A DNA stretch of 64,000 bases from an uncultured Hyphomicrobiales bacterium (GCA_964650885.1 CAZYXG010000001.1:78639-142638), one strand, 5' to 3'; numbered from the stretch's first letter, positions 29,258 through 39,594 are shown. Notes: generated from the letters alone by a model not told the origin. Made by a program: numbers and translations.

Positions 29258-30835
29258 TTATTTGATAGTAGCACTTTTAACTACTTCAGTTTTTTGCATT
29301 GGCAACTTATAACGTTCTTTATTGAACTTAGTTTTCTCTAATTTATTTACAAGTGCTTTGCTTGAATTTTCACTAATTTTTAAGAATGGTGTTGGCATAA
29401 CTCCCATAGTAACCATAAAGATTACTAAAGGAACAAGCATAATCCATTCGTTAACATTCATATCTTTTAAGTTTTGATTTTCAGGGTTGTCGTTAGTGCC
29501 AAACATCACTCTACCGAACATCCAAAGCAAATAAACAGCAGCGAAAATTACACCTGAAGCTGCAACTATTGCATAAGCATAATTAGCTAAGAAAGTAGAT
29601 TTGAATGCACCAATCAAAGTTAAATACTCACCAATAAAACCATTCAAACCTGGTAATCCAACTGAAGCAAACATTGAGATTGCAAAAAATACAGTATAAA
29701 CTGGCATCACTCTGGCTATACCACCAAAGTCAGCTATTGCTCTTGTGTGTCGTCTTTCGTAAATCACACCAACACAAATGAATAATGCACCTGTAGATAG
29801 ACCGTGACCGATCATTTGGATAATTGCACCTTGAATACCTTCTACTGTCATAGAGAATATACCAAGTACAACAAAACCTAAGTGAGAAACAGATGAGTAG
29901 GCTACAAGTCGTTTAATGTCTGTTTGAACCATTGCAACTAATGCACCATAGACAATTCCAATTACTGCTAAAGTAGAAATAATTGGAGCATAATGTATGG
30001 CTGCTTGTGGGAATAAGTCTAAGTTGAATCTAATCAATCCATAAGTACCCATTTTAAGTAGTACTGCTGCCAAAATAACAGAACCTGGAGTAGGTGCTTC
30101 TGTGTGGGCATCGGGCAACCAAGTATGGAAAGGGAAAAGTGGAACTTTTATACAAAATGAAAGTGCAAAAGCCAAAAACATCCATTGCTGAATATCAGTT
30201 GGTATTTGCGAAGAAAGTTCTTTAATTACAAGAAAGTTAGTTGTAAATCCAGAGGCATTGTGTAGAATGTTTGAGCCAACATAATAGCCCAACCAAACGA
30301 TTGCTACAAGCATAAATAGAGAACCTACAACTGTAAATAAGAAAAACTTAACAGTAGCATAAATTCTATTTTTACCACCCCAAATACCAATAATGAAATA
30401 CATTGGTATAAGGATTAATTCCCAGAATATGTAGAATAAGAATAAGTCTGTTGAAAGAAATACACCTGTCATACCAAACTGAAGCAACAAGACCATAATG
30501 AAATATTCTTTCTCTCTTTTATGAATAGATTCAAATGCAGAAATCATTGCAATTGGTGAGATAAACGTTGATAACAAAACCAACAATAAAGACATTCCGT
30601 CTAATCCAATCCTAAAACCTGCATCAATAGAAGGTATCCAAGGAATATCTACTAATAACTGAAAGTCATGGTTGTCTGAATTAAATTGCCCAAGTAAGAA
30701 CAATGAAACAACAAAAGTTATTAGAGAAACAAGTAATGAAAAACCTTTAATTAACTTAATATTTTCTTTATTGAAAAAGAATAATGAAAGTGAACCAACT
30801 AAAGGTAGAAATAAAACTGTTAAAAGAATTTCCAT
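29258..30835 (-). CDS. nuoM: NADH-quinone oxidoreductase subunit M
   Basis: 525 aa. Conserved NuoM/ND4 motifs (FFISWELILIPMY-like: FYIFWELILIPMYF; TWLPDAHTEAPTPGS). Confidence 0.9.
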   Translation of the reverse strand: MEILLTVLFLPLVGSLSLFFFNKENIKLIKGFSLLVSLITFVVSLFLLGQFNSDNHDFQLLVDIPWIPSIDAGFRIGLDGMSLLLVLLSTFISPIAMISAFESIHKREKEYFIMVLLLQFGMTGVFLSTDLFLFYIFWELILIPMYFIIGIWGGKNRIYATVKFFLFTVVGSLFMLVAIVWLGYYVGSNILHNASGFTTNFLVIKELSSQIPTDIQQWMFLAFALSFCIKVPLFPFHTWLPDAHTEAPTPGSVILAAVLLKMGTYGLIRFNLDLFPQAAIHYAPIISTLAVIGIVYGALVAMVQTDIKRLVAYSSVSHLGFVVLGIFSMTVEGIQGAIIQMIGHGLSTGALFICVGVIYERRHTRAIADFGGIARVMPVYTVFFAISMFASVGLPGLNGFIGEYLTLIGAFKSTFLANYAYAIVAASGVIFAAVYLLWMFGRVMFGTNDNPENQNLKDMNVNEWIMLVPLVIFMVTMGVMPTPFLKISENSSKALVNKLEKTKFNKERYKLPMQKTEVVKSATIK

Positions 30836-30864
30836 TGAAATAAACTTAATTTGTGTCTAATTAT

Positions 30865-32835
30865 TTAAAAACCAATTACAAGATAAGTAAGTATCAAAAT
30901 TATACCAAACATCATTAGTAAAGCATAATTTTGAGCTATTCCACTTTGCAATTTTCGTAAAGTTTCGCCAAGTACTTCTGTAAATTTACCAGAACCATTG
31001 ATAGTACCATCTATCAATTTCACATCGAAGATTTTCCAAAGAAATTCTTTTGAAGCAATATATATAGGAGTTACAAAAACAGAATAGTAGATATTATCTA
31101 AATACCATTTGTTATCAAGAATTTTATAAGGCAAACTTAAATTTTGAACTAATTTTCTTGGTGTAGTCCAATTTGCATCTTTATTATAGAATTTGTTTGC
31201 CAAGAAAATAGCAATAATAGCTATACAAGTAGAAGTAGCCATTAGAATATATTCTATTGGATGAACTTCACCGTGAGATTCAACATTTCCTAAAATTTTA
31301 TTAGCATCAGCAAAAATTGGCTCTAAGAAATGTTCGAACAAATTAGGAATTGTGTGAAAACCTAAAGCGTGAGGCACACCTAAAAAGCCACCCAAAGCAG
31401 AAAGTACAGCAAGTACGATTAAAGGAATAGTCATAAGAGCTGGTGATTCATGCGGATGAACGTGGTGATGATCGAATCTTTCTTTACCTAAGAATGTCAA
31501 GTAAACTAATCGGAACATATAAAATGCAGTACAGAAAGCAGCAGTTGCTAAGATAACCCACATAATTGGCCCACCTTTATCAAATGCTTTCCATAGAATT
31601 TCATCTTTAGAAAAGAAACCACTAAAGAAAGGAATACCAGCAATTGCTAATGTTCCAATTAAAAATGTCCAATAAGTAATAGGCATATATTTTTTCAAAC
31701 CACCCATTTTCTTAATGTTTTGCTCGTGGTGCATACCGTGAATTACAGAACCAGCACCAAGGAACATTAAACCTTTGAAGAATGCATGAGTCATAACGTG
31801 GAATAAACCAGCTGTGAAAGCACCCAAACCTAAAGCAGTAAACATAAATCCTAATTGACTTACTGTTGAATAAGCCAATACTTTTTTAATGTCATTTTGA
31901 ACAATACCAATTGTAGCGGCAAGAAGAGCAGTAGCAGCACCAACTCCTGCAACAATAGATAGTGTGGTAGGAGACAGAGAAAACAAAACTGAATTTCTAC
32001 AAATCAAGAATATACCAGCCGTAACCATAGTGGCAGCGTGAATCAAAGCAGAAACAGATGTTGGCCCAGCCATTGCATCGGGAAGCCAGCCAGCTAATGG
32101 AATTTGAGCTGATTTACCTGTACAACCTAAAAAGATTAATAATGTGATTGCAGTAATTATTCCTGTACCAAATAAAGTTGAATGTGAAACAACTGCTTGC
32201 TCAGTAACAGAATGATAATCCAATGTATTGAAATTTACAAAGATCAAAAACATTGCTATTAAAAAGCCAAAGTCACCTATTCTATTTACAATAAATGCTT
32301 TATTAGCAGCATCGCCAGTCCATTTGATTCTATATCCTGGAAATTTTTGATCGTACCAAAAGCCAATTAATAGATAAGATGCTAATCCTACACCTTCCCA
32401 ACCAAGGAAAGTTACTAGGTAATTAGCCCCCAATACTAGATTTAACATCATAAAGATGAATAAATTTAAGTATGAGAAAAATCTAAAAAAACTTCTATCT
32501 CCATGCATATAACCAATTGAATATATATGGATAAGAGTTCCTATTCCAGTAATAATCATTGTAAACAAGATAGACAACTGATCTACTTGGAACGCATAAT
32601 TCACTTTGAAATCACCTGTTTGAATCCAAGTAAACATTTCAATAATTACTGGTTTTTCTAAAGGATGGCTAAGCATTTGAAGAAATAGATTAAATGCTAT
32701 AATGAAGCCACCAAGCACAGTTGATGTTGCAATCAACCCAATTATTTTTTCATTTTTAATTTTACTACCAAATAAGCCAACAAAAAGAAATCCAATTAGT
32801 GGCAATAATGGTATAAGTTTTATCGATTCGTACAT
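30865..32835 (-). CDS. nuoL: NADH-quinone oxidoreductase subunit L
   Basis: 656 aa. NuoL/ND5 motifs (GWEGVGLASYLLIGFWY; WLPDAMAGPTSVSALIHAATMVTAG) and the long C-terminal extension typical of NuoL. Confidence 0.9.
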   Translation of the reverse strand: MYESIKLIPLLPLIGFLFVGLFGSKIKNEKIIGLIATSTVLGGFIIAFNLFLQMLSHPLEKPVIIEMFTWIQTGDFKVNYAFQVDQLSILFTMIITGIGTLIHIYSIGYMHGDRSFFRFFSYLNLFIFMMLNLVLGANYLVTFLGWEGVGLASYLLIGFWYDQKFPGYRIKWTGDAANKAFIVNRIGDFGFLIAMFLIFVNFNTLDYHSVTEQAVVSHSTLFGTGIITAITLLIFLGCTGKSAQIPLAGWLPDAMAGPTSVSALIHAATMVTAGIFLICRNSVLFSLSPTTLSIVAGVGAATALLAATIGIVQNDIKKVLAYSTVSQLGFMFTALGLGAFTAGLFHVMTHAFFKGLMFLGAGSVIHGMHHEQNIKKMGGLKKYMPITYWTFLIGTLAIAGIPFFSGFFSKDEILWKAFDKGGPIMWVILATAAFCTAFYMFRLVYLTFLGKERFDHHHVHPHESPALMTIPLIVLAVLSALGGFLGVPHALGFHTIPNLFEHFLEPIFADANKILGNVESHGEVHPIEYILMATSTCIAIIAIFLANKFYNKDANWTTPRKLVQNLSLPYKILDNKWYLDNIYYSVFVTPIYIASKEFLWKIFDVKLIDGTINGSGKFTEVLGETLRKLQSGIAQNYALLMMFGIILILTYLVIGF

Positions 32836-33100
32836 CTTTGTAAAGCCTTGTTTACTTAACTATCTGACAATATGTTTTTGTACTTTAAGGAAATTTATCC
32901 TTGAATAAAAAGCAAAATACAAAACAAGTTTCGAGAAAACAACTAAAATTAATATAAGATTTCCAATATTTTCAGCTATTCAAGGCAAAGTAAAAATAAT
33001 ATTTATTCGTATATCTTATCTTATTAAAGAAATTACAAAAATTACTATCTTTGTAATCGCAATTAAATTGTATTTGAAAATAATTTAACAAAAGCTAAAA

Positions 33101-33433
33101 ATGTTTGATATTTACTTGAAGTCTATTAATTCTGATTATGAGAATCAACCCTCTCCAAGCACCGAAACGCAAGAAGTTTTACTGTTAGATGAGGAAAAAG
33201 AAGTAAGTAACACTCCAAAAGTGATTTTATTTAACGATGACTGGCACGAATTTGATGAAGTTGTTAATCAAATAATTAAAGCTATTAAGTGCGATTTGAA
33301 AAAAGCAGAAGAGTTAACATGGGAAGTTCACACAAAGGGAAAAACTTTGGTATTTGATGGTGAATTAGATGAATGCTTGAAAGTAAGTGCAATTTTAGAA
33401 GAAATTAAGCTACATACGCAAATTGAATTTTAA
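33101..33433 (+). CDS. clpS: ATP-dependent Clp protease adaptor ClpS
   Basis: KVILFNDDWHEFDEVVNQIIKAI core typical of ClpS. 110 aa. Confidence 0.8.
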   Translation: MFDIYLKSINSDYENQPSPSTETQEVLLLDEEKEVSNTPKVILFNDDWHEFDEVVNQIIKAIKCDLKKAEELTWEVHTKGKTLVFDGELDECLKVSAILEEIKLHTQIEF

Positions 33434-34218
33434 ACGAAATCAAATTCCATCATTGAATCAATATCGAATTTATCGTCTTTTCTATTTGATTTTTCTGCTT
33501 CTTTTGTTCCATCTTCATAAACTTCGTCATCTTTAAATATATCTGAAACTTCTGGTGCGGATTGCTTTGGTCTTGAGTTAAAAATAGAGTAATCCAAGTC
33601 TTTAGTATTTTCGACTATCGGATTGTACACTTCAGTTAAATCGAACTTTTCAGCATCGCCAGCGAATTCAAACTTTATATAAGTTCTTTCTCCACAACGG
33701 CAAACTACTTCTATACTTTCCACTTCGCCCAGTTCATCTCTATTTACAATTACAGTAGCTGGTTTATTTAAATGTGAACTAACATCAGGATCGTCAGAAA
33801 TTTCAATTTTTTCACCTCGAACTTGCACATATTCCGAAGGCAATCTTTGAGAATGTGGAACTTTAGTGTTTGTTCCAGAAATTTTGGGCAAAACAAGATA
33901 ATCTAAAAAATCTTTATGCGGCAAATGTGGTGCTGTATCTTCAGAACTTGCAGTTTCATCAATTTTATTTGAGAAGTGCATATTCCTTCTATCATCTTCA
34001 CTAAAATTAATAATACTATCAATATCGCTTTCAGATAGCAATCCTCTATGTCTTTTTGGAGGATTAAGTTTACTTTCGTTAAAATCAGCAGCGAATGGAT
34101 CGGTGATATCTATTTCTCTATTGACAACGTCAGCAGAGTCAAATTCTTCACCAAATGGAGTAACTTCTCCATCGCTAAAATCATCATCAAAGCTAAAATT
34201 CTCAATTTTATCACTCAT
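33430..34218 (-). CDS. Hypothetical acidic protein (262 aa)
   Basis: Long ORF with strongly acidic termini, convergent with clpS (4-nt overlap). No confident family assignment. Confidence 0.35.
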   Translation of the reverse strand: MSDKIENFSFDDDFSDGEVTPFGEEFDSADVVNREIDITDPFAADFNESKLNPPKRHRGLLSESDIDSIINFSEDDRRNMHFSNKIDETASSEDTAPHLPHKDFLDYLVLPKISGTNTKVPHSQRLPSEYVQVRGEKIEISDDPDVSSHLNKPATVIVNRDELGEVESIEVVCRCGERTYIKFEFAGDAEKFDLTEVYNPIVENTKDLDYSIFNSRPKQSAPEVSDIFKDDEVYEDGTKEAEKSNRKDDKFDIDSMMEFDFV

Positions 34219-34302
34219 CGTAAATCCTACTTATGTCAATTTGAATTAAATTGACTAATATTCAACAAATTCTGTTAAACTAAATATCTAACAATTTTCG
34301 TG

Positions 34303-35607
34303 CTAATTCTGTTTTTTCAAGTTAGAAATAATTTCATCTGCAATAAATTTACCACTTAAAGCAGCCCCTTCAATTGTTGAAGGGTACTTTGTATCAGTAT
34401 AACATCCAGCTAAGTAAATATTTTTATTCAATGTTAGTTGTTTTGGTCTTTGTGTTTCATTTTCATGACTTGCAAGAATAGTAGCATTTTTTTCTTTAAA
34501 GACTCTATAGTGTTGTGGTTTTGGTAAATTCGGTAAGTTCAGACTAGTTTTCAAATCATTATAACAAAGCTCTATAATTTCGTTATTGCTTTTTTCAATG
34601 ATTAGATTTGCAGCAGAAATTGTGATACTAATTAGCCCATCATGCTTATTATCTTTAATAATTCTTCTTTTATTGAACACCCATTGAATACTTGTACCTA
34701 TGAAAGCAGAAAAATCAAAATTGAAGTAATCTTTATCGAACCATAGATAAATTGATACAATTGGCGAAAATTCAACTTTTGGCAAAGTAAGATTGTCTTC
34801 TGCCATCGTAGCAATAATTTTCTCAGTTGAAACAAATGAACTTGCAAGAATTATTTTGTCAAACTCTTGATTATCAACTATATACTTATCACCAAGTTTC
34901 TGAATGGCATCAATTTTTTTATTGAAAACAAAATTTCCTCCATTCTGAATTATAAACTCTTTTTGTGGTGTTAATAAATTTAACAGAGGTACATTGCCAA
35001 AAATCAAGTTACTTGAGCTTCCACTTGCTAAAAATCCTTTCTTCAACACATTTGTAAGTAATTCCATACTTGCTTTATCAATATCTGTGTTAAGAGTTGC
35101 TAAAGTTAATGGTTGCCAAAGTAAAGCAATAATTTCATTATTTTGCTTTGTTGAGTTTAATACTTCATAAACCGTTTTATTTTTGATAGTAATTGTATTG
35201 CTAAGTAATCTGAGAAAGAAAGCAAATGTCTTTAATTTTGATTTTTTGCTGATTGTTTTCAAACTAAAAAGTGCAAATAGAAATCCTATTGGGCTATTTC
35301 TGATATTTGATGAAAGCAAATCCATTTTACCATCAGCATAAAAATATGGGATATTAACAGATTCCATTCTATTTAATTTGCTTAGCTGACCACATTCTGA
35401 TAATATATCAAGAAACGTAAAATAAGCACCAATTAGTAAGTGTTGACCATTGTCAATAACATCTTGTGTTTTGCTATCCACAAATGAAGTTACTCTTCCA
35501 CCAACTTCGCTTGTAGCCTCATAAATAGTAACATCTAAGCCATTTTTTGTAAGATAAAATCCAGCTGATAATCCAGCTACACCTGCACCAATTATTGCGA
35601 TTTTCAT
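34303..35607 (-). CDS. FAD-dependent amine-oxidase-family oxidoreductase (HpnE / protoporphyrinogen-oxidase / phytoene-desaturase-like)
   Basis: N-terminal dinucleotide-binding motif MKIAIIGAGVAGLSAGFYL...YEATSEVGGRV. 434 aa. Confidence 0.6.
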   Translation of the reverse strand: MKIAIIGAGVAGLSAGFYLTKNGLDVTIYEATSEVGGRVTSFVDSKTQDVIDNGQHLLIGAYFTFLDILSECGQLSKLNRMESVNIPYFYADGKMDLLSSNIRNSPIGFLFALFSLKTISKKSKLKTFAFFLRLLSNTITIKNKTVYEVLNSTKQNNEIIALLWQPLTLATLNTDIDKASMELLTNVLKKGFLASGSSSNLIFGNVPLLNLLTPQKEFIIQNGGNFVFNKKIDAIQKLGDKYIVDNQEFDKIILASSFVSTEKIIATMAEDNLTLPKVEFSPIVSIYLWFDKDYFNFDFSAFIGTSIQWVFNKRRIIKDNKHDGLISITISAANLIIEKSNNEIIELCYNDLKTSLNLPNLPKPQHYRVFKEKNATILASHENETQRPKQLTLNKNIYLAGCYTDTKYPSTIEGAALSGKFIADEIISNLKKQN

Positions 35608-35680
35608 TAATAAATTTGAAATTTGTAGATAATTTCTTTGTAATTTACAAGAAAAGTCGTAATTTTGTAAATGTTCTTAT

Positions 35681-35765
35681 GCGGATATGGCGGAATTGGT
35701 AGACGCGCTAGACTTAGGATCTAGTAGGGTAGCCTGTAAGAGTTCGAGTCTCTTTATCCGTACAC
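35681..35765 (+). tRNA. tRNA-Leu (anticodon UAG), type II with a long variable arm
   Basis: Hand-folded. Acceptor GCGGATA/TATCCGT (G1-U72 wobble). Anticodon stem CTAGA/TCTAG with loop CTTAGGA. T-arm AAGAG-TTCGAGT-CTCTT. Discriminator A. CCA is not encoded. Confidence 0.85.
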
Positions 35766-35772
35766 TTAAAAA

Positions 35773-35806
35773 AAGCAAGATTGCAACAAATCTTGCTTTT
35801 TTTTTA
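35773..35806 (+). terminator. Rho-independent terminator after the tRNA-Leu gene
   Basis: Stem AAGCAAGAT/ATCTTGCTT with an 8-nt loop, followed by a run of 9 T residues. Confidence 0.65.
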
Positions 35807-35851
35807 TCAAAATTGTAACAAAGTAATATTTTAATTTTAAGGTAAACCAAA

Positions 35852-37213
35852 TTGGAAAAAACAGTAAAACCAATTGACGACACAATTCAAGAAGTGATTT
35901 TCACTTTCACAAAAGAAGAATTACACCCTATCTATGAAGCAGCTTATAAACTACAACGACCGAAAATAGCTCTTCAAGGATTTAGAAAAGGGAAAGTGCC
36001 TCTTCCTATGGTAAAGAAATTTTTTGGTGAGTCTATTGAATCAGATGCTGAACAAGACCACTTCAATAAAGTATTTTCTGACTTTGTGAAAGAAGATAAA
36101 CTTACTGTGATTGGCACTCCAGCTATGACAGACGTTAAAAAAGAAAACAATACTCTGGCGGTAACTATCCAATATGAAGTTTTACCATCATTCGATGTGG
36201 TTGGATATAAAGATATGCAAATCAATGAACCAGTTCACGTTGTTACTGATGAAGAAGTTGAAGGCGAAATCAATATTATCAAAACTCGTATGGGTAAATT
36301 AGAAATTGCTGATTCAGCTGCTGATTTATCTCACGTAGTGAAAATTGAAATTTCTGAAATTGATAAAGAAACTAATACTCCAAAAGAAGAAAAACAAGAA
36401 AACGTAATCCTTTTAAGTGATGTTAAAGTAGATCAACAATTGAAAGATGTTTTGCTTAACACAAAAGCAGGTGAAAAAATAACCTTCATTCCAACTGCTG
36501 AGTCGAATCCAAATGATGCACATTTCAATATTGCTATTTTGGAAGTGCAAAAACTTTTCCCTGCTGAATTGACTGAAGAATTAATTTCACAAATTACAGG
36601 TGGCAGAATGACTACTGAAGATGATTTGAGAGAAGATATTAATTTGCAATTGCAAGGCGAATGGGATAAAAAAGCAAGAAACTTGATGGAAAATCAAATT
36701 GTTGACAATTTAGTTGAAGCAAATCCTGTGAAAGCACCTACTGAAATGGTGGAAAGAGTTATGCAACAACAATTCCGTAACCTTCTAAGTAGAAACGGTA
36801 TTAACGAAAAACAAGCTAAAAACTTGAAAATGGATATGTTTCGCACACAATTAGAGCCAGGTGCAGTTCAAGTTGTTCGCTGGGAATTAATCAGAGAAAG
36901 AATTATTGAACAAGAAAAAATTGAAGTTGAAGATTTTGATTTTGAAAATCTTGCAGCTGAAGAAGCACGTATCAATAATATGGAAAAAGACGCAGTTCTT
37001 GCTGATTTGAAAGGCAATGAAAATGTGAAATTCTATTTGCTTAGTAAAAAAGTTATGGATTTAATCCTTGACTTCGGAACTACTAATGAAGTAGATTTTG
37101 CTTTCTTTGAAAATAAAAAAGATACTTTGACTGAAATGTATGGTGGCGAAGATGATCATGTTCACGATGAACACGAACACCATGATCATGATGGACACGA
37201 TCACAAACATTAA
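35852..37213 (+). CDS. tig: Trigger factor (ribosome-associated peptidyl-prolyl isomerase chaperone) with a His-rich C-terminal tail
   Basis: N-terminal ribosome-binding region (FTFTKEELHPIYEAAYKLQRPKIALQGFRKGKVP), PPIase and C-terminal domains. Apparent TTG start. Tail HVHDEHEHHDHDGHDHKH. Confidence 0.85.
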   Translation: MEKTVKPIDDTIQEVIFTFTKEELHPIYEAAYKLQRPKIALQGFRKGKVPLPMVKKFFGESIESDAEQDHFNKVFSDFVKEDKLTVIGTPAMTDVKKENNTLAVTIQYEVLPSFDVVGYKDMQINEPVHVVTDEEVEGEINIIKTRMGKLEIADSAADLSHVVKIEISEIDKETNTPKEEKQENVILLSDVKVDQQLKDVLLNTKAGEKITFIPTAESNPNDAHFNIAILEVQKLFPAELTEELISQITGGRMTTEDDLREDINLQLQGEWDKKARNLMENQIVDNLVEANPVKAPTEMVERVMQQQFRNLLSRNGINEKQAKNLKMDMFRTQLEPGAVQVVRWELIRERIIEQEKIEVEDFDFENLAAEEARINNMEKDAVLADLKGNENVKFYLLSKKVMDLILDFGTTNEVDFAFFENKKDTLTEMYGGEDDHVHDEHEHHDHDGHDHKH

Positions 37214-37234
37214 TCATTATAAATAAAGAAGAAA

Positions 37235-37546
37235 ATGGCTTACATAGATTTAGAATCAAAAGAATTTGAAACTGAATTAAAAGAGAAACCAGAAATTGTT
37301 TTAATAGATTGCAGAACTCCAGCTGAATTTGCATCTGGGCATTTGAAAAATGCAATTAATTACAATTTCAATAGTGGTGAATTTGAAGATATGATTCCAC
37401 AGTTAGAAAAAGAGCATAATTACTTTATCTATTGTAGAAGTGGAGCGAGAAGTGCAGCTGCTGCAAACATTTTAATCAATAGCGGATTCTCAAAAGTAAC
37501 TAATCTTTTAGGTGGAATATTGGGTTGGAATGGCGAAGTTGTTTAA
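37235..37546 (+). CDS. Single-domain rhodanese (sulfurtransferase)
   Basis: Active-site loop CRSGARS. 103 aa. Confidence 0.8.
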   Translation: MAYIDLESKEFETELKEKPEIVLIDCRTPAEFASGHLKNAINYNFNSGEFEDMIPQLEKEHNYFIYCRSGARSAAAANILINSGFSKVTNLLGGILGWNGEVV

Positions 37547-37623
37547 AACTCAATTAATTAAATTTTAAATTAATTGAAATTATCTTTCGTCTATATTCTA
37601 ACTTTATTAATTAAGGAAAACAA

Positions 37624-38256
37624 ATGAATAATTTTTTAGTTCCAATAGTTATTGAGCAAACAAGTCGTGGCGAACGTTCTTACGATATTTACTCTCGTTT
37701 GCTAAAAGAAAGAATCATTTTCTTGGGAACTCCTGTTGATGACCAAGTTGCTTCTAGTATTATTGCTCAATTGCTGTTTTTGTCTTCGCAAGACCCAACT
37801 AAAGATATTAATCTTTATATCAACTCTCCAGGCGGTAGTGTTGATGCAGGTTTAGCAATCTATGATACTATGCAATTTGTGAAACCAGATGTTTCAACAA
37901 TTGCTATTGGTATGGCTGCTTCTATGGCACAAGTTCTATTATGTGCTGGAGCAAAAGGTAAACGTTTTGCTTTACCTAATACTCGCATTATGATGCACCA
38001 ACCTTTGGGTGGTACTCGTGGTCAAGCAACTGATATTGAGATTTATACTAAAGAAATGATGAGAATGAGAGATAACTTATTCAATATCATTAGTAAACAT
38101 ACTGGTAAAGATTTCGAAACAATCAAAAAAGATGCTGATAGAGATAACTATATGTCTGCTGTAGCAGCTACAGAATATGGCATAATTGACAAAACTTTGG
38201 AAAGAATTACAGAAGAATTAAATACTCCTAAATTATTAGAAGATAAAAAAGACTAA
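37624..38256 (+). CDS. clpP: ATP-dependent Clp protease proteolytic subunit ClpP
   Basis: ClpP motifs (GMAASMA with the catalytic Ser; MHQPLGG with the catalytic His). 210 aa. Confidence 0.95.
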   Translation: MNNFLVPIVIEQTSRGERSYDIYSRLLKERIIFLGTPVDDQVASSIIAQLLFLSSQDPTKDINLYINSPGGSVDAGLAIYDTMQFVKPDVSTIAIGMAASMAQVLLCAGAKGKRFALPNTRIMMHQPLGGTRGQATDIEIYTKEMMRMRDNLFNIISKHTGKDFETIKKDADRDNYMSAVAATEYGIIDKTLERITEELNTPKLLEDKKD

Positions 38257-38267
38257 CAAAAGCATAA

Positions 38268-39590
38268 ATGTCAAAAAACAAATCAAATAGTGGTCCTTTT
38301 GGGGAATTAACTTGCTCATTTTGTGGGAGATCTTCCCGTGAAGTGGCTAGTTTAATAGAAGGTCCTGAGAACATCTTTATTTGCGATGTTTGTATTGAAA
38401 AATCAATTGAAATAATCGGAAAGAATAAGAAAAATAAAAATTCTTTCGATTCAGATTTTTCTACAAACAAGCCATCTAAATTGAAGATTAAGCTTGATGA
38501 TTACGTAATAGGTCAAGAAAAAGCAAAGCAAATTTTAGCAGTTGCTGTTTATAATCATTATAAGAGAATTTCTAGTCAATCAAAAGATAATGAGTATAAA
38601 AATGTGGAACTAGAAAAAAGTAACGTACTTTTACTAGGGCCTACAGGAACAGGTAAAACTTTACTTGCTAAGACCTTAGCACGTGTACTTAATGTTCCTT
38701 TTGCAATTGCAGATGCCACAACAATTACTGAATCTGGTTATGTAGGAGACGATGTTGAATCTGTTCTTCTTCAATTACTTCAGAATTGTGATTACAATGT
38801 GGAGCAAGCTGAAAGAGGAATCATCTATATAGACGAGATAGATAAAATTGGAAGAAAAAGTGAATCTTCTAGTATAACTAGAGATGTTTCTGGCGAAGGT
38901 GTCCAACAAGCTTTACTTAAAATGCTTGAAGGAACCAGAGCTGGTGTGCCACCAAAAGGCGGAAGAAAACACCCAGAACAACCACTTATCTATATAGATA
39001 CTAAGAACATTCTTTTTATTTGCGGTGGTGCATTTGAAGGATTAGAAAAAATTATTCTTCAACGCAAGAAAAGTGCTTCTATCGGATTCACAGCTCAAGC
39101 TGGAAATATAGTTGAAGAAACTTACGAACTTTTGCAATCTGTTGAACCAGACGATTTAATCAAGTATGGCTTTATTCCAGAATTAATTGGTCGTTTACCT
39201 GTTATTACAGCACTGCAAGATTTGTCGGAAGAAGCAATGCTCGACATTATGACAAAGCCAAAAAATGCTACTGTTAAACAATATCAAAAGCTTTTAGATT
39301 TCGATAATGTCAATTTGAAATTCGATGACGATGCTTTGCTTTCAATTGTGAAAAAAGCTTTGGAACGCAAAACTGGTGCAAGGGGACTCAAGTCAATAGT
39401 TGAAGAAGTAATGCTTGAAGTGATGTTCACTTTGCCAGATATTGAAAATATAGATACTTGTACTATTACAAAAGACTGTGTTGAGAAGACTGGAAAACCA
39501 ATATTCACATTCAAGTCCACTACAAATTCCGATGATTTGATAGACGAAACTAAAAGCATATCAAACCAAAACGACCACAATGTAGCTTAA
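38268..39590 (+). CDS. clpX: ATP-dependent Clp protease ATP-binding subunit ClpX
   Basis: N-terminal C4 zinc-binding domain (CSFCGRS...CDVC), Walker A GPTGTGKT, Walker [10 protein letters not shown]. Confidence 0.95.
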   Translation: MSKNKSNSGPFGELTCSFCGRSSREVASLIEGPENIFICDVCIEKSIEIIGKNKKNKNSFDSDFSTNKPSKLKIKLDDYVIGQEKAKQILAVAVYNHYKRISSQSKDNEYKNVELEKSNVLLLGPTGTGKTLLAKTLARVLNVPFAIADATTITESGYVGDDVESVLLQLLQNCDYNVEQAERGIIYIDEIDKIGRKSESSSITRDVSGEGVQQALLKMLEGTRAGVPPKGGRKHPEQPLIYIDTKNILFICGGAFEGLEKIILQRKKSASIGFTAQAGNIVEETYELLQSVEPDDLIKYGFIPELIGRLPVITALQDLSEEAMLDIMTKPKNATVKQYQKLLDFDNVNLKFDDDALLSIVKKALERKTGARGLKSIVEEVMLEVMFTLPDIENIDTCTITKDCVEKTGKPIFTFKSTTNSDDLIDETKSISNQNDHNVA

Positions 39591-39594
39591 ATTC

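Noticed and set aside
35677-35883. 68-aa minus-strand ORF in the six-frame track
   Set aside because: It lies entirely antisense over the tRNA-Leu gene and its terminator. The tRNA fold is unambiguous, so the ORF is an artefact.
37083-37355. 90-aa minus-strand His-rich ORF
   Set aside because: It is antisense to the His/Asp-rich tail of tig and the start of the rhodanese gene. Its composition mirrors the complement of the CAT/GAT repeats. It is not an independent gene.
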